NCBI GenBank assembly: GCA_963662335.2
Contig: CAXXVD010000005.1
Span: forward strand, 96,001 to 160,000
DNA length: 64,000 bases
From: Chloroflexota bacterium
GTDB lineage: Bacteria > Chloroflexota > UBA11872 > VXOZ01
Reading direction: 5' to 3'
In this document: piece by piece, positions 9,930 to 18,165 of the stretch
How the letters are laid out: each line of letters opens with the position of its first letter
Numbering within the stretch: position 1 is the stretch's first letter
Translations under genes and position numbers: made by a program
The notes under the pieces: generated by a model
Seen by the model: the letters and a program-made list of their open reading frames with translations, nothing else
The model's database searches: none
What the model was told of the DNA's origin: nothing

Positions 9930-10670
9930 CTACTCTTCAACTTCGATGCTGAAGAACTGCCACCTGGTCGTGCAACTGTCGCGGAGCGTGTCGTCGTCTT
10001 GCACCATCTGATAGCAGGGCCAGATTTCCCATTCGCCCGGTTCATCGAGCAGTATTATGACGCCAGTCTTGAACTTCTGGTACCTGGCAACTTCAACCCC
10101 CTCATGCACTAGCCCGAAGTCCTTCTCCTCCCCCGTAGGGTGTTGCACGGAAACGAACGTCCGCTTTAGCTCGATTGGCGAGGCCCACAGGCTTTGCACG
10201 GTGAACTCGATGTAAATCTCTTGCCCCACCTTGAAGGGATTCTTGTCGCCCTCGATGCCATGCCCCGGCGGGCCGTACGCCGTCATTTCCACGAGCCTAA
10301 AGGCATCGAAGTTTGCGGCTGGCTGGAATGCCTCGTAGAAGACCTCCATGGCGCCAACGCTCTCCGGCGTGGCAGTGGGTTCGATGACCGGCAACTCGGC
10401 AGTCTCGGCGGCGGATTCCGCCTCTTCATCACCCTTGGCTGCCGCCGTGGCCGTGCTGCTCACTTTGATGGTGACGCTTGCGTCTTCCGGAGCCGCCGTT
10501 TCCGCGGCGCTGGAAAACATGAAACTCGCGACGCCTATGAGCAGCAAAACGACTCCCGCGCCTATGGCGCCCACGGATGCGCCAGGCCGGCGGCCGGCAA
10601 ATTTGCCAACTATTCCCGCAGCCAACAGTATGACGCCAATCACACCAAACACGATTGTAAGCGCAGGCAT
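9930..10670 (-). CDS. Hypothetical membrane protein (2 N-terminal TM, acidic linker, beta-rich C-terminal domain)
   Basis: Two hydrophobic helices, an A/E/T-rich linker and a C-terminal domain with two Cys. Confidence 0.6.
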   Translation of the reverse strand: MPALTIVFGVIGVILLAAGIVGKFAGRRPGASVGAIGAGVVLLLIGVASFMFSSAAETAAPEDASVTIKVSSTATAAAKGDEEAESAAETAELPVIEPTATPESVGAMEVFYEAFQPAANFDAFRLVEMTAYGPPGHGIEGDKNPFKVGQEIYIEFTVQSLWASPIELKRTFVSVQHPTGEEKDFGLVHEGVEVARYQKFKTGVIILLDEPGEWEIWPCYQMVQDDDTLRDSCTTRWQFFSIEVEE

Positions 10671-10997
10671 GCCTCTATCCTCGGATTCTCGATTTACACC
10701 AACGGCTCGCGCGGCCTGGACCGCTTCGGAATTCAACTGCTTCTTGGCGGGAGAACCGTCTGACCGGCTCCTCCGCGCGCTTCAGCCGGTTGCCTGAGCG
10801 CAACTGCCTGATTGAAAAGATTATAGTAACCGGCAGCCCGCAGAGTCAAGGAGTTTGGCAAGACGCGGCAATTGCGGCGCAGCGGCGCATTAGGTACGGT
10901 ATAGCATACCGTACGGCGCTCTTGTGCATGTGGCGCCATTCTTGGAAAAAATCCCGTTGTGCGCAGTTGCTCGGTTGTTGCGCGAAAGGACTATGCG

Positions 10998-11840
10998 ATG
11001 AATCTTCTCCACAAAGCTCCCAAGGGCCTGGGCTACCACGCCATTGTCGCAGACGATCATCCCGCCTTAAAGCGCATCCGCATGGCGGTCTTGCGGCTGG
11101 CGCCCGGCGAGTCGTATGCCGGCGAGACCGGCGTATGGGAATCCGCTCTCGTGCTGCAGGCAGGCGAAGGGACGATCGTCGTGGAATCCCATGGCATTGC
11201 CCACCACTGCTCGCGCCAAAACGTCTTCGGCGGCCAGTCTTCTACGGTCTTTGTCGCGCCCGAGCAGACGTGGGAGGTGCGCGCCGCGGGCAACACGACG
11301 CTGGAACTGGTTGTCTGCAGCACGCCCGGCAAGCCGGGCATGGCTTCCCAGGTGATTACGGCCGACCAACTGAAGCTGCGCCGGGTCGGAAAAGGAAACT
11401 GGTACCGCACGATCTACGACATCATCGACGCGCCTTTTCCCGCCCATACGATGATTCTGGGCGAGACTTACAATCCGCCGGGCTTCTGGAGCAGCGCGCC
11501 GCCGCATAAGCACGAGGTGGACGACCTGCCCCACGAGTCCATGCACGAGGAAGCCTACCTCTTCCGCCTGCACCCGGCGCGGGGCTTTGGCATGCAGCGC
11601 GTCTACACCGACGACCGCTCGCTGGATGACGCCTACGCGGTGGAAGACGGCGACGTGGTGGCAATCCCGCGCGGCTACCATCCCGTGGCGGCGGCGCCGG
11701 GCTACCAACTCTACTATCTCTGGGTACTGTCGGGCAACCAGCGCGTGCTGGCCCCGCGCGACGATCCGGCGCACGCCTGGCTGAAAGACAGCGAAGCGGT
11801 AATGACGGCCGTGGGCGGTCTGCACACGCCCGGCGGGTAA
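10998..11840 (+). CDS. iolB: 5-deoxy-glucuronate isomerase (IolB)
   Basis: WSSAPPHKH, EEAYLFR, GFGMQRVY, PRGYHPV and YYLWVL are KduI/IolB motifs. AAGGA RBS. Confidence 0.9.
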   Translation: MNLLHKAPKGLGYHAIVADDHPALKRIRMAVLRLAPGESYAGETGVWESALVLQAGEGTIVVESHGIAHHCSRQNVFGGQSSTVFVAPEQTWEVRAAGNTTLELVVCSTPGKPGMASQVITADQLKLRRVGKGNWYRTIYDIIDAPFPAHTMILGETYNPPGFWSSAPPHKHEVDDLPHESMHEEAYLFRLHPARGFGMQRVYTDDRSLDDAYAVEDGDVVAIPRGYHPVAAAPGYQLYYLWVLSGNQRVLAPRDDPAHAWLKDSEAVMTAVGGLHTPGG

Positions 11841-11893
11841 TGCGGTCCATACCGCCTTGCGCCAAGTCAATTGAGGGACTCAAGCGGTTATCC

Positions 11894-12069
11894 CCGTAGC
11901 GCGGGGGCTTGTCCCCCGCCTCTTGGCAAAGTGGCACAAACCGCGCACCACCCGTTCGCACTGAGCCTGTCGAAGTGCACACACCAAAGCAACTGTCATT
12001 CCGAGCGCAGCGAGGAATCTAAGGCTTCAACAGGCCGTAGCGCGGGGGCTTGTCCCCCGCCTCTTGGCA
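11894..12069 (+). repeat. Composite REP array, order A-B-C-A
   Basis: A=CCGTAGCGCGGGGGCTTGTCCCCCGCCTCTTGGCA (11894, 12035), B=CCGTTCGCACTGAGCCTGTCGAAGTG (11952), C=CTGTCATTCCGAGCGCAGCGAGGAATCTA (11993). Period 141 nt. Confidence 0.9.
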
Positions 12070-12127
12070 CGTTTGACGACACTACGCCGTGGTGATTGCG
12101 CCTTACGCAAAGGAGGGCACGAAAACA

Positions 12128-13519
12128 TTGGCTGACCGCTTCGACCTCATCGTCCTCGGCGGCGGCAGCGCCGGTTACGCCGCCGCGCGCACGGCCGCCG
12201 AACTGGGCGCCACCGTCGCCGTAGCCGAGCGCGGCCCGCTGGGCGGACTCTGCATCCTGCGCGGCTGCATGCCCAGCAAAGCCATCTTAGCCTCTTCAAA
12301 TCGGCTCTACCATGCCCAGCACGCGGCGGAACTGGGCATCCACGTGAGCGGAACGAGCGCCGACCTGCCCGCCATCATCGCCCGCAAGCGGCGGTTGGTC
12401 GCGGAATTTGCCGACTACCGGATCGAGCAACTCAACTCACCGGATATCACGCTGGTGGAAGGCGCCGCGCACTTCCTTTCCGCCGAACAGGTGCAGGTTG
12501 GCGAGCGCGTCCTCGCCGCGCCGAAATTCGTCATCGCCACCGGCTCCGTGCCGTTCGTGCCCAAAGTGCCGGGGTTGGAGGAAACCGGCTACATCACCAG
12601 CGACGAGGCCCTGGAGTTGGAGACCCTGCCGGAATCGCTTTGTGTGCTGGGCGGCGGCGCAATCGGCCTGGAGTTGGGGCAATTCTTCTCGCGCCTCGGC
12701 GCGCGCGTCACGCTCCTGCAGCGCAGCGCTTGCGTGCTCAGCAGCGAGGACGAGGCCGTCGGCGCGGCGCTGGCGGATTACCTGCGGGAAGACGGCATGG
12801 ACGTCCGCTGCGGCACGCGCCTGCTCGCCGTGGAGCGGCGCAACGGCAGGAAAGCGCTGCGCGTTTGGCAAGACGATGCGGAGAGCGTGGTTGAGGTGGA
12901 CGAAATCCTGGTCGCCACTGGGCGCGCGCCGGCCGTGGACGGGCTGAACCTGGCCGCCGCCGGTATTGAGAGTACTGCGCGCGGCATCGGCGCCGACACC
13001 GCCATGCGCACGTCGAACCCAAACGTCTTTGCCGTGGGCGACGTGACCGCCGCGTTCGACATCGTGCACGTGGCCATCCAGCAGGGCGAAATCGCCGCGC
13101 ACAACGCCCTGAGCGCCGGCCCGCCGCAATACATGGATTACCGCATCGTGCCCATCGTGGTCTTCACCGAGCCGCAGTACGGGCGCGTGGGCATGACGGA
13201 ACGCGAGGCCCGCGCCAAGGGGCTGCCCATCGTCACGGCGTCCTACCCGTTCGACGACCACGGCAAGGCGCTCTGCCTGGGCGAGACACGCGGGTTTGTC
13301 AAGATGATTGGACACGCCGAGACCGGCGAATTGCTCGGCTACCAAGTACTAGGACCCGAAGGCGGCGAACTCATCCACGAGTGCATCGTCGCCCTCCACT
13401 ACCGCGCCACCGCCCAGGACTTCATGCGCATCCCCCACTACCATCCCACCCTGGCCGAAATCCTCACCTATCCCGCCGAAGAAATCGCCGAACAGGTAGC
13501 GGCCCGCAACGGATCGTGA
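12128..13519 (+). CDS. Class I pyridine nucleotide-disulfide oxidoreductase (dihydrolipoamide dehydrogenase-like)
   Basis: GGGSAG, redox motif GGLCILRGCMPSK, GGGAIG and HPTLAE. TTG start after AGGAGG. Confidence 0.85.
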   Translation: MADRFDLIVLGGGSAGYAAARTAAELGATVAVAERGPLGGLCILRGCMPSKAILASSNRLYHAQHAAELGIHVSGTSADLPAIIARKRRLVAEFADYRIEQLNSPDITLVEGAAHFLSAEQVQVGERVLAAPKFVIATGSVPFVPKVPGLEETGYITSDEALELETLPESLCVLGGGAIGLELGQFFSRLGARVTLLQRSACVLSSEDEAVGAALADYLREDGMDVRCGTRLLAVERRNGRKALRVWQDDAESVVEVDEILVATGRAPAVDGLNLAAAGIESTARGIGADTAMRTSNPNVFAVGDVTAAFDIVHVAIQQGEIAAHNALSAGPPQYMDYRIVPIVVFTEPQYGRVGMTEREARAKGLPIVTASYPFDDHGKALCLGETRGFVKMIGHAETGELLGYQVLGPEGGELIHECIVALHYRATAQDFMRIPHYHPTLAEILTYPAEEIAEQVAARNGS

Positions 13520-13552
13520 CCGCTATTCTCCGCTCGCGCATATCCTAACATT

Positions 13553-13728
13553 CCGCTCGCACTGAGACTGTCGAAGTGCCCACGCCAAAGCAACTGTCAT
13601 TCCGAGCGCAGCGAGGAATCTAGCCCGCCAACAGACCGTAGCGCGGGGGCTTGTCCCCCGCCTCTTGGCAAAAGTGGCACACACCGCCTAACATCCGTTC
13701 GCACTAGCCCGTCGAAGTGCACACACCA
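13553..13728 (+). repeat. Composite REP array, order B-C-A-B
   Basis: B (13553, 13695), C (13594, identical to 11993) and A (13636, identical to 11894). Period 142 nt. Confidence 0.9.
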
Positions 13729-13756
13729 CGCCCATCTAGTCCCCCCGCCCCACCGC

Positions 13757-13765
13757 TGCTAGAAT
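13757..13765 (+). promoter_or_regulatory. Extended -10 promoter for tRNA-Leu
   Basis: TGC-TAGAAT ends 10 nt before the tRNA 5' end. Confidence 0.55.
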
Positions 13766-13775
13766 AGAACCCACA

Positions 13776-13857
13776 GGGGACGTGTCGGAACTGGAAGACG
13801 AGCATGACTTAGGATCATGTGCCGCAAGGCGTGCGGGTTCGAGTCCCGCCGTCCCCA
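13776..13857 (+). tRNA. tRNA-Leu (anticodon UAG)
   Basis: Acceptor GGGGACG/CGTCCCC-A, anticodon arm CATGA-CTTAGGA-TCATG, long variable arm GCCGCAAGGC, T-arm GGGTTCGAGTCCC. Confidence 0.96.
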
Positions 13858-13899
13858 CCCACAAGCAAGCGGAGCGGACACACCCCAAAGCGCCTCTTC

Positions 13900-13973
13900 G
13901 CCGGCGGCCTCACTGCCGGCAGCCTCACTGCCGGTAGCTTCTCTTCCGGTAGTGCAGGTTTGCAACCTGCGCC
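13900..13973 (+). repeat. 15-nt tandem repeat leading into GTAG-tagged hairpin (family E)
   Basis: GCCGGCGGCCTCACT / GCCGGCAGCCTCACT / GCCGGTAGCTTCTCT, then TCCGGTAGTGCAGGTTTGCAACCTGCGCC. Confidence 0.8.
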
Positions 13974-14125
13974 TCTTGCGTCGCACCCTGTCGCAAGTTT
14001 GTCGCACGTTCACCTGCCGCCTTTAACTGGCGTGTACGTTGCCGCGATGCGTGTTCCCTTGCCGGTATCCGCCGCGAAACGATAAGATACGAACTACACA
14101 AGTCTTGCCTAGAAAAGCGCAACCA

Positions 14126-14443
14126 ATGAGAGATACAGAGAATACCGCGCAGGCGCTCGGAGAAAGAGCCGCCGCGACTCCACGCCGCCCTCACGAAGAG
14201 ACGGCCCGCCTTGGCAAGGAACTGTACGAGCAGAAAATCCGCCAACAGGTCGAAGCCGACCACCACGGCGAAGTCGTCGCCATCGACGTGGACAGCGGCA
14301 GTTGGGCAGTCGCGAGCGGCGAGATTGCCGCAGTCGACCGCTTGCGGGAGATTCGCCCCAGCGCCGTCAATGTGCTGTGTGAGCGGGTCGGATACCGGGC
14401 GCTGCGCAGCTTTGGCGCCCGGTCTCTGCGGAGGGCAAGGTGA
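14126..14443 (+). CDS. Small partner protein of clan AA protease (DUF5678-like), copy 1
   Basis: ETARLGKELYE...HGEVVAIDVDSGSW. Paralog of 16526-16801. Stop overlaps the next start (GTGA). Confidence 0.75.
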   Translation: MRDTENTAQALGERAAATPRRPHEETARLGKELYEQKIRQQVEADHHGEVVAIDVDSGSWAVASGEIAAVDRLREIRPSAVNVLCERVGYRALRSFGARSLRRAR

Positions 14444-14811
14444 TAGAGGGAGAGGTCAACGACGCATACGAAGCAGTTGTGACCCTTTCCCTGCAAGGCC
14501 CCGCCGGGCAATCCCAGGACATAGAAGCCGTCATTGACACCGGCTACAACGGCTTCCTGACTTTGCCCACCGCGTTGGTGATGCAACTGGGGTTGCCCTT
14601 CGTTTACGTAAGCCGGGCCTTCCTGGCCAATGATGATGAAGTGACCTTCAACGTCCACGACGTAACAGTACTTTGGAACGGCCAACCGCGGCGCATCAAG
14701 GCCGACGCAACCGGCAGCACCCCGCTCGTGGGTATGCTGCTGCTCAATCAGCACAGCTTGAACATCGAAGTGGAGCGTGGCGGGCGCGTGATCATTGAGC
14801 CCAGGACATAG
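14440..14811 (+). CDS. Clan AA (retropepsin-like) aspartic protease, DTG[FY] type, copy 1
   Basis: AVIDTGYNGFLTLP catalytic motif and PLVGMLLL psi-loop; single-domain 123 aa. Confidence 0.85.
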   Translation: MIEGEVNDAYEAVVTLSLQGPAGQSQDIEAVIDTGYNGFLTLPTALVMQLGLPFVYVSRAFLANDDEVTFNVHDVTVLWNGQPRRIKADATGSTPLVGMLLLNQHSLNIEVERGGRVIIEPRT

Positions 14812-14926
14812 CTGGTGGAGAAGCGCACATTCCAGTGTGGCGGAGGGTCAAGGCCCGGTGTGCGAGCGCCACAGTAGGCTTGGCGAGTCTGGTTGTCGCA
14901 AGTTATGGCGCAAGTTTGTCGCAAGT

Positions 14927-15991
14927 TCAGCCCAATCCATCCGCCAGCACGTACTCAAGCTGGTTCGTGCCGGCCGTGCGGCGCAGCAGTCCCTTCTTCA
15001 CTAAGGCGCGCAGGTCGCGCTGCAGCGTCCGCCGCGACAATTTGGGAAAGAGCGCCTCGCATTCGCCAATCGTCAACCTGCCGTGCCGGAGCGCGTGTCC
15101 CAGCGCGCGCGCCTGTCGTTCCGTTAGATCGTGGCGGCGGGCCAGCGCATCCTGCTGGAGCGCCGCCTCACCGCTCTGCCTGACCTCCGCCAGTTGGGTT
15201 GCCAGGCCGCGCGTAAAGTACTCCAGCCAGCCGGTCAGATCCATCTGCGCCCGCCGCACGTCCTGCAGGGCACGGTAGAAGGCCGGCCGGTCACGGTCGT
15301 AGTACTCGCTCAGCGAGAATAGCCGCTTGAAGTCATATCCCGCGCGGTAGAGACAGAGCGTCGAGAGCAGCCGGGACGTGCGCCCATTGCCGTCCAGGAA
15401 CGGATGGATGTGCACCAGTTGGAATTGCGCGATGCCGCTGACAATGACCGGGTGTATGTCGCTGGGACGGCTCAGCCACGCCACCAGTTCGGCCATGAGC
15501 CGGGGCACGTCGGCGGTTGGCGGCGGCGTGTAGAGCGTCTCACCGGTGGCCGCGTCGATGACGTAGTTCTGCACGCGCCGGTACGCGCCCGGCGCCGCCG
15601 ACCCGCCGCGCACGCCGGCCACCAAGCGCCGGTGAGTTTCCAGAATGAGCCGCTCGGTGATCGGCCGCCTTTCGCCCGGCGGCCCGCCAACGTCGAACTG
15701 CGCGCTGACAAACTCGAACGCGTCCCGATAGTTCAACACCTCGCGCGCGTCGTCGGCATCCGCCCCCGGCACGTCACGCCCCGCCAACAAGCCGGCGGCG
15801 TCCGCCAGCGTCAACCGGGTGCCCTCGATGTGCGTCGTGTGATGCGCCTCCCGCACGAATGCCTCTGCGCGCATCGCGTCTACCCACGCCTCCGCCAGCG
15901 TCGCCGCCTCCAGAAACCCACGCGCACGCTCGATCTCGGTAAGCGCCGCGGTGATTGCGTTCGTGATGGTGAAGCGCGGCGCATAGGCCAT
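14927..15991 (-). CDS. Fic family protein with C-terminal HTH
   Basis: Canonical [12 protein letters not shown] Fic motif, N-terminal inhibitory-type TTHIEG motif, C-terminal [21 protein letters not shown]. Confidence 0.92.
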   Translation of the reverse strand: MAYAPRFTITNAITAALTEIERARGFLEAATLAEAWVDAMRAEAFVREAHHTTHIEGTRLTLADAAGLLAGRDVPGADADDAREVLNYRDAFEFVSAQFDVGGPPGERRPITERLILETHRRLVAGVRGGSAAPGAYRRVQNYVIDAATGETLYTPPPTADVPRLMAELVAWLSRPSDIHPVIVSGIAQFQLVHIHPFLDGNGRTSRLLSTLCLYRAGYDFKRLFSLSEYYDRDRPAFYRALQDVRRAQMDLTGWLEYFTRGLATQLAEVRQSGEAALQQDALARRHDLTERQARALGHALRHGRLTIGECEALFPKLSRRTLQRDLRALVKKGLLRRTAGTNQLEYVLADGLG

Positions 15992-16157
15992 TGATACACT
16001 CACTGGATGCCTGGGTTTTGCTGCCCTCAGCATAACGGGTGGAGTCCAGAGCTCTTGAGCGCGCCTGAAACTGCATAGTCAGACCCAGCGGTAGCCATGC
16101 CACGCCCGTTGGTGTGCCACTGAGGGAATTGAAGAGTAGGAGGCGCCGAAGCGTTGG

Positions 16158-16529
16158 CTACGCTATGGCCTCGATGAGAACGCGCCCGCCGTTCTCGACG
16201 TCGATGTTCAGGTTGTGCCTGTCTAGCAGCAGCATACCCACGAGTGGCGTGGTGTCCGCTTCGTCGATCAGAATATCTCGCGGCTGGCCCTCCCAGAGTA
16301 CCGTGGCCTCGTAGGCGTCGAATGTCACCTCGTTGCCGTCGGCCAAGGTCGCCTCGCTGGTACCCATGAAGACCAATCCCAACTGCGCCACGAGTGAGGG
16401 CGGCAGTGTCATGAAACCAGTGAAGCCGGTGTCTATCACGGCCTCGACCTCCTGCGCCTGTCCCGCCGGGCCGCGCAGGGAGAGCGGTATCACGGCTTCG
16501 TAGGCGGCGTTCACCACGCCCTCTATCAT
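16158..16529 (-). CDS. Clan AA aspartic protease, DTGF type, copy 2
   Basis: AVIDTGFTGFMTLP and PLVGMLLL; colinear paralog of 14440-14811. ATGA overlap with the upstream gene. Confidence 0.85.
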   Translation of the reverse strand: MIEGVVNAAYEAVIPLSLRGPAGQAQEVEAVIDTGFTGFMTLPPSLVAQLGLVFMGTSEATLADGNEVTFDAYEATVLWEGQPRDILIDEADTTPLVGMLLLDRHNLNIDVENGGRVLIEAIA

Positions 16530-16801
16530 TCGGCTCTCCGCCAGGGTCTGCCCCCGAAGTGGTGCAACGCCCGATGCCCGACCCGCAGCAGCCAAACGTC
16601 GCTAGCCGCCGGCTGCTGCGCTCGCAGACGCCGCGCCGCAGCCAGAACGTCAGCGGCGATGGCCCAGCTTCCGCTCTCCACGTCAACGGCGACGTACTCT
16701 CCACTATGGTCGGCCTCCACCTGGGGCCGGATGTCCCGCTCGTAGATCGCTTTCCCCAGGCGGGCCGTCTCCGCGCGGGAACGTCGGACAGGCGTCGTCA
16801 T
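16526..16801 (-). CDS. Small partner protein of clan AA protease (DUF5678-like), copy 2
   Basis: ETARLGKAIYE...GEYVAVDVESGSW...LRVGHRALHHFGGR. Confidence 0.78.
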   Translation of the reverse strand: MTTPVRRSRAETARLGKAIYERDIRPQVEADHSGEYVAVDVESGSWAIAADVLAAARRLRAQQPAASDVWLLRVGHRALHHFGGRPWRRAE

Positions 16802-16891
16802 CTCGTATCACCTAACTTTTGAAGGCACTCGCCTACACCCGATACTCTACGGCAATCGGCAGTTTCAGGGCAATGGCGAAGGCCGCGAACG

Positions 16892-16999
16892 CAGCGCCGC
16901 CGCCTTCAGAAACCCTCGCGCCCACTCGATCTCAGTGAGCGCTGCGGTGATTGCGTTAGTTATGGTAAAGTCTGGTTGGATGAGCGATGGCAAACTCAC
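16892..16999 (-). pseudogene. Truncated 5' remnant of a Fic paralog
   Basis: Translates as [36 protein letters not shown] versus the intact Fic [32 protein letters not shown]. Homology stops at about 16890. Confidence 0.8.
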
Positions 17000-17223
17000 T
17001 GAACTCCCGGAACTGTGAGTTACAGCGTAGGCGGTGTTCTACAAGAGCCACTACATTAGAATTGCGGATGTCAGCCTACGCTCGTTGGTGTACAACTTTG
17101 AGAATTGTAGAGTTGGTCGCGTTGGAACTGGAATGAGACAAGTACCAAGGACCTTCTGCTGCAGGAAGTGCGGGTCCGTGTCCCGCTGTCTGAACGGCAA
17201 AATGGGCTGAGACGAGTCTATCA

Positions 17224-18165
17224 ATGGAAGCAGTTTCTCTCTTCACGGGATGTGGTGGTTCCGACCAGGGCCTAATCGACGCTGGTTGGCGCATTGTCAT
17301 GGCGAACGACAACCTACCGTATGCCAAGGAAGTCTACGAAGCGAACCTGCCTGAAACCGACTTCAGAACTACCAGCATCGAAGAAATCACAAGCTTCCCG
17401 TCAGCCGATCTCCTTATTGGTTGCTATCCGTGCCAGGGCTATAGCCAGGGCGGAGCAAGGGACGCCAACCGCAACATCAACCAACTCTATCGGGAGTTTG
17501 ACCGTGCCCTTAGGCAAATGCGCCCAAGAGCATTTGTTGTAGAAAACGTTCCTGGGATGGCTAGAAGCAACAACCGTCATCTCTTGGACGACCAGCTCGT
17601 GCGATTCCGTTCAGCAGGGTTTCGAGTTGCAGAACCTATGATCATCAATTCAGCACACTACGGTTTGGCGCAAGAGCGCCGGCGCATCTTCATCGTTGGC
17701 ATCCGCTCTGATATTGGATTGGAGTTTGAATTCCCAACTCCCACTCACGGCCCGGGCGTGCAACAGATTAGGGCACAAAGGGAAGTCTTGGCTGGTATAG
17801 AGGACGAGTGGCCAACAGGCGAGTTCTACGATCAAGCTTTCCACTGGTTCTATCTCTCCCGCAACCGCTACCGTGGCTGGGACGAGCCTAGCAAGACGAT
17901 TCTTGCTAATGCTCGCCACATGCCGTTGCACCCAATGAGCCCTCCTCTGGTGAAGGTGGGCAGAGACGAGTGGACATTCGATGGAGACCCGGACAGGGCG
18001 CGACGCCTTTCATTCAGGGAAGCAGCAGCCCTTCAGGATCTGGCTGGCTGGGACTTTCCAGACTCGGTGGGGTTGATGAAGAAATACCAGGTCATTGGCA
18101 ATGCCGTGCCTCCGGTAATTTTTCGGCAAATTGCCGAGGCGATTCCAAAGGAGGTTTTCTCATGA
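17224..18165 (+). CDS. dcm: DNA (cytosine-5)-methyltransferase
   Basis: SLFTGCGG, catalytic YPCQGYS, VENVPG, QERRRIF, RRLSFREAA and IGNAVPP. Confidence 0.95.
   Translation: MEAVSLFTGCGGSDQGLIDAGWRIVMANDNLPYAKEVYEANLPETDFRTTSIEEITSFPSADLLIGCYPCQGYSQGGARDANRNINQLYREFDRALRQMRPRAFVVENVPGMARSNNRHLLDDQLVRFRSAGFRVAEPMIINSAHYGLAQERRRIFIVGIRSDIGLEFEFPTPTHGPGVQQIRAQREVLAGIEDEWPTGEFYDQAFHWFYLSRNRYRGWDEPSKTILANARHMPLHPMSPPLVKVGRDEWTFDGDPDRARRLSFREAAALQDLAGWDFPDSVGLMKKYQVIGNAVPPVIFRQIAEAIPKEVFS

Noticed and set aside
12128-13519. Mercuric reductase MerA
   Set aside because: No C-terminal Cys-Cys pair, NmerA domain or mer genes; the C-terminal HPTLAE is lipoamide-dehydrogenase-like.
11894-13728. Regularly spaced palindromic repeats as a possible CRISPR array
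   Set aside because: The sequences between repeats are themselves repeated rather than unique spacers, the period is about 141 nt, and there are no cas genes.
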